A stretch of DNA of 64,000 nucleotides, taken from IMG/VR virus record IMGVR_UViG_3300023174_000050, positions 1 through 64,000 of that record, one strand, 5' to 3'. Shown one piece after another: positions 45,821 through 55,189 of the stretch. Numbering within the stretch: the stretch's first letter is position 1; every line of letters begins with the position of its first letter. The notes beneath the pieces are model-generated. The model saw only the letters and a program-made list of their open reading frames with translations. It did not search any database and was not told the DNA's origin. The stretch is from a virus. Position numbers and translations under genes: made by a program.

Positions 45821-45874
45821 ACCCCAGTACCCCGAAGGGTTATTCTTGACACAACCACGAAACGGTGTTATAAT
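45821..45874 (+). promoter_or_regulatory. Early promoter with upstream palindrome
   Basis: ACCCC-N10-AGGGT; TTGACA(45846)-17-TATAAT. Confidence 0.78.
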
Positions 45875-45900
45875 CGAGACATAGTAACAAAGGAGCAGAT

Positions 45901-46158
45901 ATGAAAGAACTCAAAGCGTACGTAGAGAAGGCCAATCAGTGGAACGCGATCTTCAAGGGCCCTCAGTACTCGTTGTCATCGGCTACAGATCGCCAAAAGC
46001 TCGCTGATAAGATCTCCGGAGACCTCTCCCCAGAGCATCTGACATGCGACGGCGAATTACCCGCAGCAACAGTTAGAGCCCGTCACAAGCAACTGACCAC
46101 AGTAGCAAAGCAGTTGCTGGCGCTAGACCCCTCAGTCAAGATGTATGAATTCGCTTAA
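45901..46158 (+). CDS. Conserved phage hypothetical early protein
   Basis: AAGGAG SD; DLSPEHLTCDGE motif. Confidence 0.7.
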   Translation: MKELKAYVEKANQWNAIFKGPQYSLSSATDRQKLADKISGDLSPEHLTCDGELPAATVRARHKQLTTVAKQLLALDPSVKMYEFA

Positions 46159-46168
46159 GGAGCAACGC

Positions 46169-46342
46169 ATGAAGGACTTAATCATAGACATAGAACCCCT
46201 GATGCGCGAAGGGTTTAACGCGTTTAGCATTGCGACCCTTATGGGCATAGATATAGAGCTCGTAGAGCAATGCATCGCATATATAGACGAACTGCGTTAC
46301 CACGAGGATATGGCCCAAGACCCATACCGTATAGTATCCTAA
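46169..46342 (+). CDS. Small HTH-like protein
   Basis: AAGGAG SD; EGFNAFSIATLMGIDIELV resembles 36201. Confidence 0.55.
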   Translation: MKDLIIDIEPLMREGFNAFSIATLMGIDIELVEQCIAYIDELRYHEDMAQDPYRIVS

Positions 46343-46557
46343 CAGGATTTTAGCTCTCTAGCACAGACCCCCCTAAATTAGCCAGTGAGGGGTCTCGTAT
46401 GCTTATATAGCATATAGCAACCTGCTTATATTATCCATCCAAACCGAACCTCAAATAGTCCACACAAAAAAATTTCCCAGGGAATCTGAATCAAGATTCC
46501 GCTTCTAGGAAAAATCTTCAAATAAACCTCCTTAAAAAAATTTCCCAGAGAAAAATT

Positions 46558-46833
46558 ATGCAAAATTCCGAATCTACTCCCTATACTATTAAATACATTG
46601 TGGCTGGCAATTATGAACAATACGAGGACTGGTTGAAACGTAAGAAAGTAGATCCCAGAGCATACCGATACGTAGAAAATAAGTATACACTCACAGGCGC
46701 CGTTAATATCTCTGGCTTTTTTATCGGTACATACCATTATCGTTCGGATATCGACGAGATCTTAATTGCAATCGCCACTTCCAAAAGAACCAAAGAGGAC
46801 AGAGATAACTTTATTAATAAATTTATGATATAA
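46558..46833 (+). CDS. Hypothetical protein
   Basis: 91-aa ORF. Confidence 0.55.
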   Translation: MQNSESTPYTIKYIVAGNYEQYEDWLKRKKVDPRAYRYVENKYTLTGAVNISGFFIGTYHYRSDIDEILIAIATSKRTKEDRDNFINKFMI

Positions 46834-46836
46834 ATA
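46829..46836 (+). promoter_or_regulatory. T4-type late promoter
   Basis: TATAAATA. Confidence 0.55.
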
Positions 46837-46858
46837 CATAATATAATAAAGGATCAAT

Positions 46859-47176
46859 ATGATTAAAAACCTAATACTTACGGCAGCTATGCTTTTATCT
46901 ACTTCCATATATGCACAGCAGCCAGTAGAGAATAACGATCAAATTCCGGGATTATTTGATCTAAATAAACCAATGAAATGCTTACCCGTAAACAATATGT
47001 TCTTTGTATTACAGAATGAATTCGAAGAAAAGTTATCGTGGATTGGTAAAGTAGATAACACTTCATCTTATATAGCAATGTATAAGAATACTCAAACAGG
47101 CAATTGGACTTTAATACAACATGACAGTGCAGTAGGATGTTTTTTAGGATCTGGAAAAGACTCCACTCCACTTTAA
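46859..47176 (+). CDS. Secreted hypothetical protein
   Basis: Signal peptide ending IYA-QQ; C..V and GNWTL...C.LG.G. Confidence 0.65.
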   Translation: MIKNLILTAAMLLSTSIYAQQPVENNDQIPGLFDLNKPMKCLPVNNMFFVLQNEFEEKLSWIGKVDNTSSYIAMYKNTQTGNWTLIQHDSAVGCFLGSGKDSTPL

Positions 47177-47190
47177 ATAGAAATTATATT

Positions 47191-47625
47191 ATGTTCATCC
47201 CTGAAAAAGAATACAAACAAATAATCAACAAAACCGTCAATCTCTGTGTTGACGTGTGTCTACGATATAATGACCAAGTCATATTGATCAAACGAAAAGA
47301 AGAACCGTGTAAGGGTGTTTACTGGCCTATAGGTGGTAGAATCCAAAAGGGAGAAACCGCAGAGGCCGCCGCACGCCGAAAGATATCAGAAGAAATCGGA
47401 ATTAAATTCAAGGGTAAACTGATACCTATGGGATATTACGAAGACCATTATACTGAGAACTCATTTCAGAAGAACACTTCGTATTCGACTTTGAGTATTG
47501 TATTTGCTGGAGATTTGGTGGGTCTTCCGAATATCTTACTAGATAGCACTTCTGACGATTTCGGTCTTTTCGACGAATTACCAAAAAGGTTTCGTGTAAA
47601 GATGTTTGAAGGTGTAACTGTATAA
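47191..47625 (+). CDS. NUDIX hydrolase, GDP-mannose mannosyl hydrolase-like
   Basis: KR..EP.KG.YWPIGGRIQKGET.EAAARRKISEEIG. Confidence 0.8.
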   Translation: MFIPEKEYKQIINKTVNLCVDVCLRYNDQVILIKRKEEPCKGVYWPIGGRIQKGETAEAAARRKISEEIGIKFKGKLIPMGYYEDHYTENSFQKNTSYSTLSIVFAGDLVGLPNILLDSTSDDFGLFDELPKRFRVKMFEGVTV

Positions 47626-47628
47626 ATA
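47621..47628 (+). promoter_or_regulatory. T4-type late promoter
   Basis: TATAAATA. Confidence 0.6.
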
Positions 47629-47687
47629 TATGTGCGTTTCGGCCGTGACTGGCCGTAGGTAATAAATTAACTGAAAAAGGAAATAGT

Positions 47688-47978
47688 ATGGAAGTTTTAT
47701 TAGTAGTTGCGATTGTAGGTATCTTGGCATATATTGTATATGCTAGGTTGAATAGAGAAAATGCTGATGGTTCGCATCCCCTAGATGCTGTTACTATCGC
47801 AAAGGTTGAGGAAACAGCAGTTAAGACTGTTGCTGAGGTCAAAGCAGCCGAGGCTAAAGTTGAGAAAGAAATTGTTGCTGTTCTTGACGTAAATAAAGAC
47901 GGTAAGGTTAATGTTGACGATGTTAAAGAAGTCGTTAAGAAAACCAAAACTGCCGTTAAGAAAAAAACAGCAAAGTAA
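47688..47978 (+). CDS. Membrane-anchored protein with EF-hand-like loop
   Basis: N-terminal TM; DVNKDGKVNVDD. Confidence 0.6.
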   Translation: MEVLLVVAIVGILAYIVYARLNRENADGSHPLDAVTIAKVEETAVKTVAEVKAAEAKVEKEIVAVLDVNKDGKVNVDDVKEVVKKTKTAVKKKTAK

Positions 47979-48051
47979 TTTTACGAATCTGATTTGACCA
48001 TAATTTTATTATTTTATATGATAAACATAATAACTATAAAAGGAGTAAGTT

Positions 48052-48471
48052 ATGGCAGATTGGGACTCTCACGCAGCTGAGGAAAAGAAGAATCCTACAC
48101 CATTCAATCAAAATGCAATTCCACCTGCAGGCTATGTATCAGGTAATCCTGAGATGCTCAAAAGCGGTGGCGGTGCATTAAGTGCAGGTGGTGAATCGAC
48201 AGTAGCATTAGATAAAGATGCAACCGATTGGATCAATAAGAAAATGCGACCTATGATGGGTTGGATTTATATGTTGACTTGTACTTGTGACTTTGTATTA
48301 TTTCCAATTTTATGGTCTATGCTACAAGCATTAAGTGCAGGTGCAGTTACAAACCAATGGCAACCCTTAACACTACAAGGTGCCGGGTTATATCATATAG
48401 CAATGGGTGCCGTTCTTGGTATTGCTGCTTATGGTAGAACTAAGGAAAAAGTAGCAGGCGTTGCAAGCTAA
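48052..48471 (+). CDS. Putative holin (GTA 3TM holin-like)
   Basis: W....MRPMMGW...LG..AYGRTKEK. Confidence 0.55.
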   Translation: MADWDSHAAEEKKNPTPFNQNAIPPAGYVSGNPEMLKSGGGALSAGGESTVALDKDATDWINKKMRPMMGWIYMLTCTCDFVLFPILWSMLQALSAGAVTNQWQPLTLQGAGLYHIAMGAVLGIAAYGRTKEKVAGVAS

Positions 48472-48473
48472 AC

Positions 48474-48500
48474 AAATGGTGGGGCAATCCCACCATTTTA
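48474..48500 (+). terminator. Intrinsic terminator
   Basis: AAATGGTGGG/CCCACCATTT inverted repeat. Confidence 0.75.
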
Positions 48501-48501
48501 A

Positions 48502-48530
48502 TTGACATCTATATCAATAGGTGTTATAAT
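48502..48530 (+). promoter_or_regulatory. Sigma70 promoter
   Basis: TTGACA-17-TATAAT. Confidence 0.78.
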
Positions 48531-48555
48531 CATTTTTTATATTTTAGGAGTTGAT

Positions 48556-48720
48556 ATGGCTAATCATAAAGAACGCGATCCAAATACCACCAAATCTGGT
48601 AAACCAAAACTACATTCAAAGCCTTTAGCAGAACTTCAGGCTATGGTGAAGTCTGCAAGACCAAAAAATGTACTTTCAATCAATAAAGCAATAATGAAAA
48701 AAGTTGGCAGAGGTCGTTAA
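48556..48720 (+). CDS. Small basic protein
   Basis: AGGAG SD; Lys/Arg rich. Confidence 0.55.
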   Translation: MANHKERDPNTTKSGKPKLHSKPLAELQAMVKSARPKNVLSINKAIMKKVGRGR

Positions 48721-49820
48721 TGACAATAACCTATAGTATGCCGCCACCTAGCGACTTATTTCAAAATTATCTTAACGATGCAAACAACAATGCCAATCAG
48801 TTAGCACAGTATGTAAATGCTACAAGCGGCATTACGCAAAACGAAGCTAATTTTAATATGGTGCGATTTAAAAATCATCGTAATCGAGCATTGCGGCAAA
48901 ATTTTAAAAATAAATTTTCAGGAAAAATCTATCTAACTGATCATATTTTCCATGCAGTTAGATATACCCCGCCAAACGCAAAGATTGAATTCTTTAATAT
49001 GCAAAAAGCGCCGGAAATTTTTCATAATTCCATTGTTGTACTAAGTAATAACAATGTTTATGTGGATAACAGATTAGAAAAATATGTAAACTTGTTTTTA
49101 AATTCGGAAAGCTCTATTTTTGTCATATGGGATTTTGACAATCACCATTGGTTAGCACTTTCTGGAGCATTGGCAGCATTATCAGATTTATATGTACCTA
49201 CACACAGTGATAATTTAGAAGGTTTATCTAGATTTAATAATATAATGGCAGGTCCAGTTAGTTCTGGAACTATACAATGGACAAAACAATACATATTGGA
49301 TAATAATACCATTGTTACTAATACTGTAAGAACAAATGATCCATTAGGTACACATATTGAATATCCTCAATTTATTAATAGACAAAAAACGTTACAAATA
49401 TTACATAAGACTCTTTCTAGTGTAAAATTAGTGGATGGTTCTTATCATGATCGAGATATGTTGGATCGTTTTACAGAATGGTGTAGTCATAAATCACATT
49501 GGATCGTACCTGTTCTTAATGATGCCCCAATTAGAATATTTGACTCACTAATTACTGGCGGAGTTCCTATTATTCCAAGAGCATTAAAATATCATAAGGA
49601 TATTGTTAATATTTGGGATCATGTTTTATTTTATGATTATGAAGATATTCACAATCCTATTCCTATTACCGAAGCAGCCAATCGAAAATTTGATTCTGAA
49701 GGATTACAAGGTATTATGAATAGACAATCTATCGTTATGAACAATTATCATGTGGACAATCGTGTCCAAACTATTTTGAAAGCAGTACAAGATGAATTCG
49801 ATATCCCAGGATTGGTATAA
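48720..49820 (+). CDS. Putative glycosyltransferase-like protein
   Basis: WDFDNHHW and RIFDSLITGGVPI resemble GT-B (CgeB/exostosin-like) motifs. Confidence 0.45.
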   Translation: MTITYSMPPPSDLFQNYLNDANNNANQLAQYVNATSGITQNEANFNMVRFKNHRNRALRQNFKNKFSGKIYLTDHIFHAVRYTPPNAKIEFFNMQKAPEIFHNSIVVLSNNNVYVDNRLEKYVNLFLNSESSIFVIWDFDNHHWLALSGALAALSDLYVPTHSDNLEGLSRFNNIMAGPVSSGTIQWTKQYILDNNTIVTNTVRTNDPLGTHIEYPQFINRQKTLQILHKTLSSVKLVDGSYHDRDMLDRFTEWCSHKSHWIVPVLNDAPIRIFDSLITGGVPIIPRALKYHKDIVNIWDHVLFYDYEDIHNPIPITEAANRKFDSEGLQGIMNRQSIVMNNYHVDNRVQTILKAVQDEFDIPGLV

Positions 49821-50097
49821 AAATACTAACCCAGAAGAACAAAAAATATTTCGAGAATGGTTGCAGGGTCTGTTGAAAACGGAAACTGTTTGCTTGACTT
49901 TTCGGAAGAAAGATGATACAATAAGGGAAATGAAGTGTACCTTAATTGAATCTAAACTACCCCCAATCGAAAAGAAGACGGATCGTGTCCGAAAAGACAA
50001 TGATGACGTCATTTCTGTGTTCGATCTTGAAAAGAACGAATGGCGTTCTTGTAGGTATGATTCGATTAATCAAATTAATTTTACCCTTGGAGCATAA
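49792..50097 (+). CDS. WYL_2/Sm-like SH3 barrel protein
   Basis: LTFRKKDDTIREMKCTL...VFDLEKNEWRS. Confidence 0.75.
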   Translation: MNSISQDWYKNTNPEEQKIFREWLQGLLKTETVCLTFRKKDDTIREMKCTLIESKLPPIEKKTDRVRKDNDDVISVFDLEKNEWRSCRYDSINQINFTLGA

Positions 50098-51222
50098 ATG
50101 GCAACAAAACGTGAACATGATGCAAGTAAGATTATAAATTCAGAGCCTTTGGTTTCTAAACTTGATCCTACGTCTGATAATTATACTATCACATTGATGA
50201 GAATTAATAATTGGTATAGTGCAGAAAAAACTCGTGCGGATTCCTACAAATATTATGTTCAGTATGTTAAAAAGAATCGACCAGCAGATGTAAAATATTT
50301 TGCCGAGGTCGAAGAGAAGGATGTTCATATTACGTATGGTTGGATGGCACGTATGTTACTTCAAGGTGCTACTATATCTGACCAACATATCAAAGCATTT
50401 GATAAAAATTTAACCGATTTAATTGATTTGGGCAAAGCAAGATTATTAGCAAAAGAAACAGTAGTTAAGGTTGCAGTAGCAACATCTACAGTTAAACGAG
50501 TTTCCATACAAGATGCTATGAAAGAAAAAGCATCTGAGTATATTGGTGAGCTTGAAGGTGCAGTTGATGAATTTTGTGTAAAAGATGCCGAATTTAATCT
50601 TTATAACCATTTAAAAAGTAATCAAATTCCAGCGCCGTATACTTCGGATGTTAAAGTATGGGCACAAAAGAAACTTAGTCAGTGGCAAGAGGTTGCAGAA
50701 ACAAAAGATTCGCAAGTTGTCGAAGGATATTCCAATTTTCCGAAAAGAAAGATTACAAAGATTGTAAAAATGTTTGAATCCTTTATCGACGATTGTGACA
50801 AATATGGACAGTTTAAGAAAGCAAATCGTAAGCCAAGAGCAACTAGAGAAAAACCTGCAATTACACAAATTAAGAGTTTGAAATATAAACTTAAAGATGA
50901 TGAATTAGGTATTACATCTGCAAAAGCTTTTGATCTTGTAGGTGCAGAACAAGTATGGTTATTTAACACCAAAACTCGTAAACTCGCAGTATATACATCC
51001 GAGTCCACAAAAGGAATGACTGTTAAAGGCACAACTTTACAGAATTGGTCTCCAGAAAAATCTAAACAAAAGACTTTGCGTAAACCCGAAGAACAAATTA
51101 AGGATTTGATGGCATCTGGTAAAGTTAAGTTAAGAACTTTCCTAGATAGTATTAAATCTAAGGAACAGGCTGTCAATGGTAGGATAAATATAGATACAAT
51201 CATCCTAAAAATTACGAGGTAA
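50098..51222 (+). CDS. Conserved T4-like hypothetical protein
   Basis: GAEQVWLFNTKTRKL, KTLRKPEE, GRIN...ILK; upstream of rnh. Confidence 0.7.
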   Translation: MATKREHDASKIINSEPLVSKLDPTSDNYTITLMRINNWYSAEKTRADSYKYYVQYVKKNRPADVKYFAEVEEKDVHITYGWMARMLLQGATISDQHIKAFDKNLTDLIDLGKARLLAKETVVKVAVATSTVKRVSIQDAMKEKASEYIGELEGAVDEFCVKDAEFNLYNHLKSNQIPAPYTSDVKVWAQKKLSQWQEVAETKDSQVVEGYSNFPKRKITKIVKMFESFIDDCDKYGQFKKANRKPRATREKPAITQIKSLKYKLKDDELGITSAKAFDLVGAEQVWLFNTKTRKLAVYTSESTKGMTVKGTTLQNWSPEKSKQKTLRKPEEQIKDLMASGKVKLRTFLDSIKSKEQAVNGRINIDTIILKITR

Positions 51223-51226
51223 CCAT

Positions 51227-52213
51227 ATGGCAGGAATAAGTTTAAGTTATTGTCAACTAATTAAAATAGTATTGTCTCAAATTGGAGGCAATCCTTTACA
51301 GCAAACATATACTCAGTTAAGTCAGGGGTCAAGACAGGTTATTGTGGGTACAGGCATTCCTGATGGACTGGCTGAGGTAAGAAATGCGATTGAAACTATA
51401 ACAACTGCAATTAATACAGCATCTGCGGCAATATCATCTGCACAAGATTATATTGAGGCCGTCAATTCACAACTTTATGTTAATCCAATTGGTGCAGCTG
51501 AAAGTTTAGCAAATACTGCAATACTATTTAAACTGGTTCCTGTAAATACGAGAATTGGTGTGGTAAATGCATACATATCTAATCCTAATGCCAACCCTTC
51601 TTTCTCAGTAACATCGCCTTATACCACAGCATCTGAGGAATTGACTGCTTTGGGACAACAAAAATTATTATTGGATCAGGCGGGAGCCGAACTTGCACAG
51701 TTTAAAACTTATACTGATAGATTAGCAGGCACCTCTACTTTATCCGGGGCGGAAGCTGCGGGAGGTTGTTCTTTGCAAGATTTATTGGGGAATGGGTGTA
51801 AGCCAAATGATGCTGTTCCGGATGTAGATTTAAAAGCCCTAATAGAAGGACTTAAACAAGGCGATTTAATTAAGGCAATTGCAAGGCAAATACAATTGGC
51901 AACAAGTTATGATCAATACAGTACAGCATTAACAAATTTAAAAAATACTGTAAAGAATTTTAATGACTTATTTAATATTCGTATTAATAAGGCTGCTATA
52001 CGAGCTGCACTATTAGCTCAAATAAATCAAATTGTATATAATCTTTTATCAGGTTGTTCTGGGGAAGTATTAGATTTAACTTTGACAGATAATACTAAAA
52101 GTTTAATTGCTCCGTATGTGGCAATATTAGAATCACAAAGAGAAGGAACTGCGTATATAGATCCTAACGGAAATGTAGTAACAGTAACGAATACAACAGT
52201 TAGTTTAACGTAA
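51227..52213 (+). CDS. Hypothetical helical protein
   Basis: 328-aa ORF with GAGG SD. Confidence 0.6.
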   Translation: MAGISLSYCQLIKIVLSQIGGNPLQQTYTQLSQGSRQVIVGTGIPDGLAEVRNAIETITTAINTASAAISSAQDYIEAVNSQLYVNPIGAAESLANTAILFKLVPVNTRIGVVNAYISNPNANPSFSVTSPYTTASEELTALGQQKLLLDQAGAELAQFKTYTDRLAGTSTLSGAEAAGGCSLQDLLGNGCKPNDAVPDVDLKALIEGLKQGDLIKAIARQIQLATSYDQYSTALTNLKNTVKNFNDLFNIRINKAAIRAALLAQINQIVYNLLSGCSGEVLDLTLTDNTKSLIAPYVAILESQREGTAYIDPNGNVVTVTNTTVSLT

Positions 52214-52222
52214 AGACATATC

Positions 52223-53104
52223 ATGATAGTAGTTGACTTTAATCAAACCGCCATTTCTAATTTAATGGCGGAAGTGGGTGGCCGAAACGATATTGAAATT
52301 CAAGTGCCGCTACTTCGGCATATGATTTTAAATTCTATTCGAGGATATAAACAAAAATTTGGCAAAGAATTTGGTGAGATTGTTATCGCATGCGACAATC
52401 AAACATACTGGCGCAGAGAATATTTCCAATACTACAAGGCAGGTCGCAAAAAAGCTAGAGAAGAATCTGGCTTTGATTGGAAAACAATTTTTGAGGCATT
52501 AAATCTTATTAGAAGTGAGATTGAATTATTCTTTCCATATAAAGTTATAAATGTCCCAGGTGCAGAAGCCGATGATATTATTGCAGTATTGGCAGAGTGG
52601 TCTCAAACCAATGACACAAGCAGTGTTCTATTTGATGAACCTAAACCATTCCTTGTACTTTCAGGAGATCATGACTTTATTCAATTACAAAAGTATAGTA
52701 ATATAAAACAATTTTCCCCGGTGCAGAAAAAGTATGTTAAACCCGACATTAGCCCGGAAAAATACAGTTTTGAGCATATTATTCGAGGGGACAAGGGAGA
52801 CGGTGTTCCCAATGTATTGTCTGCAGATGATAGCATAGTAACAGGTACAAGACAAAAGCCAATCCGTCAAGATAAAATCGATACTTGGTATAAAGATTTT
52901 GATACTATGCCGCAGGATGCAGAATTTAAACGTAATTATGAACGAAACAAAGTATTAGTTAGTTTTGATTCTATTCCTGCACATATTAAAGAATCGATTA
53001 TAAATACCTATGAGGAAAAGCCAATGAAGGATAAAAGTAAGTTGTTGGATTTTTTTGTTGAACATAAAATGAAGAATATGCTAGAAGTAATAGAGGAATT
53101 TTAA
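52223..53104 (+). CDS. rnh: T4 RNase H (5'-3' exonuclease)
   Basis: VDFNQ, ACD..YWRR..F.YYKAGRK, EADDIIA, SGDHDF.QL, GDKGDGVPN. Confidence 0.93.
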   Translation: MIVVDFNQTAISNLMAEVGGRNDIEIQVPLLRHMILNSIRGYKQKFGKEFGEIVIACDNQTYWRREYFQYYKAGRKKAREESGFDWKTIFEALNLIRSEIELFFPYKVINVPGAEADDIIAVLAEWSQTNDTSSVLFDEPKPFLVLSGDHDFIQLQKYSNIKQFSPVQKKYVKPDISPEKYSFEHIIRGDKGDGVPNVLSADDSIVTGTRQKPIRQDKIDTWYKDFDTMPQDAEFKRNYERNKVLVSFDSIPAHIKESIINTYEEKPMKDKSKLLDFFVEHKMKNMLEVIEEF

Positions 53105-53105
53105 A

Positions 53106-53588
53106 ATGAAAACTACTATCCCACAAATATTTGATGAAGTTGAAAAAGCATCCAATAAAGAAACCAAAATTAAAGTATTAAGGGCATACGACCACCCAAT
53201 CCTAAAAGGTATGTTACAAATTAATTTTGACCCAAATGTAAAAATAGATTTGCCTGAGGGCGAACCGCCATTTAAGAAAGATACATCCATTCCTACAGGA
53301 TATTCTGAAACTAATTTATTTGCAGAATTTAGACGTATGTATATTTGGCTTGAACCAAATGTTAATTTAACTAGATTTAGAAAAGAACAACTTTTTGTAC
53401 AAATGTTAGAAGGAATACATTGGACAGAAGCAGAAGCAATTTGTTTGGCTAAAGATAAAAAATTACAAACTAAATATAAGTCTTTGAAAGAAGATCTTGT
53501 GCGGGAAGCATTCCCAGGATTACTACCAGAAAAGAAAAAGGTTGAGGCAACTAAACCAAAAAAGGATACGTCTTTGAACGCATCCTGA
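53106..53588 (+). CDS. Conserved T4-like hypothetical protein
   Basis: LPEGEPPF...EQLFVQMLEGIH..EAE...KDKKL. Confidence 0.72.
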   Translation: MKTTIPQIFDEVEKASNKETKIKVLRAYDHPILKGMLQINFDPNVKIDLPEGEPPFKKDTSIPTGYSETNLFAEFRRMYIWLEPNVNLTRFRKEQLFVQMLEGIHWTEAEAICLAKDKKLQTKYKSLKEDLVREAFPGLLPEKKKVEATKPKKDTSLNAS

Positions 53589-53705
53589 CCTGGTTCAAAG
53601 ATAAACCAGAACAAGAAGAAAAAGAAAAATGGTCAGAACTAGGGGCACTGCCTCCCGATCCTGTACATGATAGCCGTTTATTTTTGAATCATCAATACAG
53701 AGCAT

Positions 53706-53734
53706 TTGACAAGAAGTAAAAAAGGTGTTATAAT
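53706..53734 (+). promoter_or_regulatory. Sigma70 promoter
   Basis: TTGACA-17-TATAAT. Confidence 0.78.
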
Positions 53735-53757
53735 TAATTTATATTAATGGAGTTACT

Positions 53758-54138
53758 ATGAGTATGCATCTTGAGGGTCCTTGGTTATCATCTTTGGGCA
53801 AAAAACGAAAAAAACAAAAGTTTCGTAATGCTGAAGAAGCAAAACGTCATCGAGAATTAACCGCCCAATGGGAAAAAATGGTTAATGACTACGGCACCAA
53901 TAAAACACAAAAAACAAAACAAGAATCTTTACAGTATTCGTTATCCGTCCCTGCAGGTAGGATTACTAATACACATATTAAAAGTTTAGACACGGGTCAT
54001 ACTGGAGCAGTGGCGAGTAAAGCCATTCCTCAATATACAGGAACAAAGATGTTAGGAATTGGCACTATGCACAAATCTAATGCGGTTCCGATATTTACAG
54101 ATGAAGAAGCAAAATCTATTTCAAGCATGAGGCGTTAA
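53758..54138 (+). CDS. Conserved T4-like hypothetical protein
   Basis: YTGT...GIGTMHKSNAVPIF motif. Confidence 0.7.
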   Translation: MSMHLEGPWLSSLGKKRKKQKFRNAEEAKRHRELTAQWEKMVNDYGTNKTQKTKQESLQYSLSVPAGRITNTHIKSLDTGHTGAVASKAIPQYTGTKMLGIGTMHKSNAVPIFTDEEAKSISSMRR

Positions 54139-54908
54139 TGAAAGTAGTTATAGTTACAGGCGGGTTCGATCCTTTACATAAAGGACATATCGAGTATTTT
54201 AAAGCAGCCAAACAATTAGGTGATAGACTAGTTATAGGTGTTAATTCTGACGAATGGTTGACTAGAAAAAAAGGCAAACCATTTATGCAATTGGAAGATA
54301 GATTGTCCATATTAGAACAATCTAGTTTAGTTGATAAAGTTATTACTTTTGATGATAGCGATGGATCTGCTAAAGATGCGATACGTGTATCAATGTTACA
54401 TTATCCTATGCCTAATACTAAATTTATTTTCGCAAATGGCGGAGACAGAACACAAGAAAATATTCCAGAAATGGATATAGTGGAACCTAATTTAGAATTT
54501 GTATTTGGTGTCGGTGGCGAAAATAAAATGAATTCTAGTTCTTGGATTCTTCAAGAATGGAAGTCACCTAAAACCGAAAGACAGTGGGGTTACTATAGAG
54601 TTTTGCATGAACAAGGTAAAGAAGTTAAAGTAAAAGAATTAACAGTAGAACCAGGAAAATGTTTAAGTATGCAAAGGCATCAAGATCGAGCAGAACATTG
54701 GTTTGTATCTGAAGGAACCGCAACCGTCTATACTATAGACTCTAGCACAGATATTGATCTACTTGGAGTATATCAAAAATTTGATAGTCTCCATATTAGT
54801 AAAACAGAATGGCATCAGCTTTGCAATGAAACTGACAAGCCATTAAAAATTGTAGAAATACAATATGGTGAAAATTGTGTTGAGGAAGATATTGAAAGGA
54901 AAATTTAA
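54138..54908 (+). CDS. Cytidylyltransferase (HldE/RfaE-like) fused to mannose-6-phosphate isomerase-type cupin
   Basis: GGFDPLHKGH, NSD.WL.RKKG, FANGGDR; RQWG.Y, LSMQRHQDRAEHW. Confidence 0.85.
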   Translation: MKVVIVTGGFDPLHKGHIEYFKAAKQLGDRLVIGVNSDEWLTRKKGKPFMQLEDRLSILEQSSLVDKVITFDDSDGSAKDAIRVSMLHYPMPNTKFIFANGGDRTQENIPEMDIVEPNLEFVFGVGGENKMNSSSWILQEWKSPKTERQWGYYRVLHEQGKEVKVKELTVEPGKCLSMQRHQDRAEHWFVSEGTATVYTIDSSTDIDLLGVYQKFDSLHISKTEWHQLCNETDKPLKIVEIQYGENCVEEDIERKI

Positions 54909-54910
54909 TT

Positions 54911-55189
54911 ATGTCAATCCCATCCAGTCCCGCAGATCGTAAAGTAATTTTAGACTGCATGAAAGAAATTAGTGCCTCAATGTCTCGCGCTGAGGGTGAA
55001 CGAGAGTTTATGAGAGAAGCAATTAAAGAAATTTGTGAAAAATATGAATTGTCTAAAAAGACGTTTCGTCGTATGGCAAAGGTATATCATAAACAAAACT
55101 TTAGTTTAGAACTTGAAGAGCACGAAGAGTTTGAAACAATGTATCAAACAATTACAACATCTACCACAATGGCAAAAGACAATGTATAA
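54911..55189 (+). CDS. dsbA: Double-stranded DNA binding protein DsbA-like
   Basis: KEIS.SM.R.E.ERE...E....RRMAKVYHKQNF. Confidence 0.78.
   Translation: MSIPSSPADRKVILDCMKEISASMSRAEGEREFMREAIKEICEKYELSKKTFRRMAKVYHKQNFSLELEEHEEFETMYQTITTSTTMAKDNV

Noticed and set aside
47426-47947. 173-aa minus-strand ORF
   Set aside because: Antisense to two better-supported + strand genes; composition reflects their codon bias
53576-53718. Open frame after 53588 (ERILTWFKDKPEQ...)
   Set aside because: No start codon after the upstream in-frame stop; cannot support a gene
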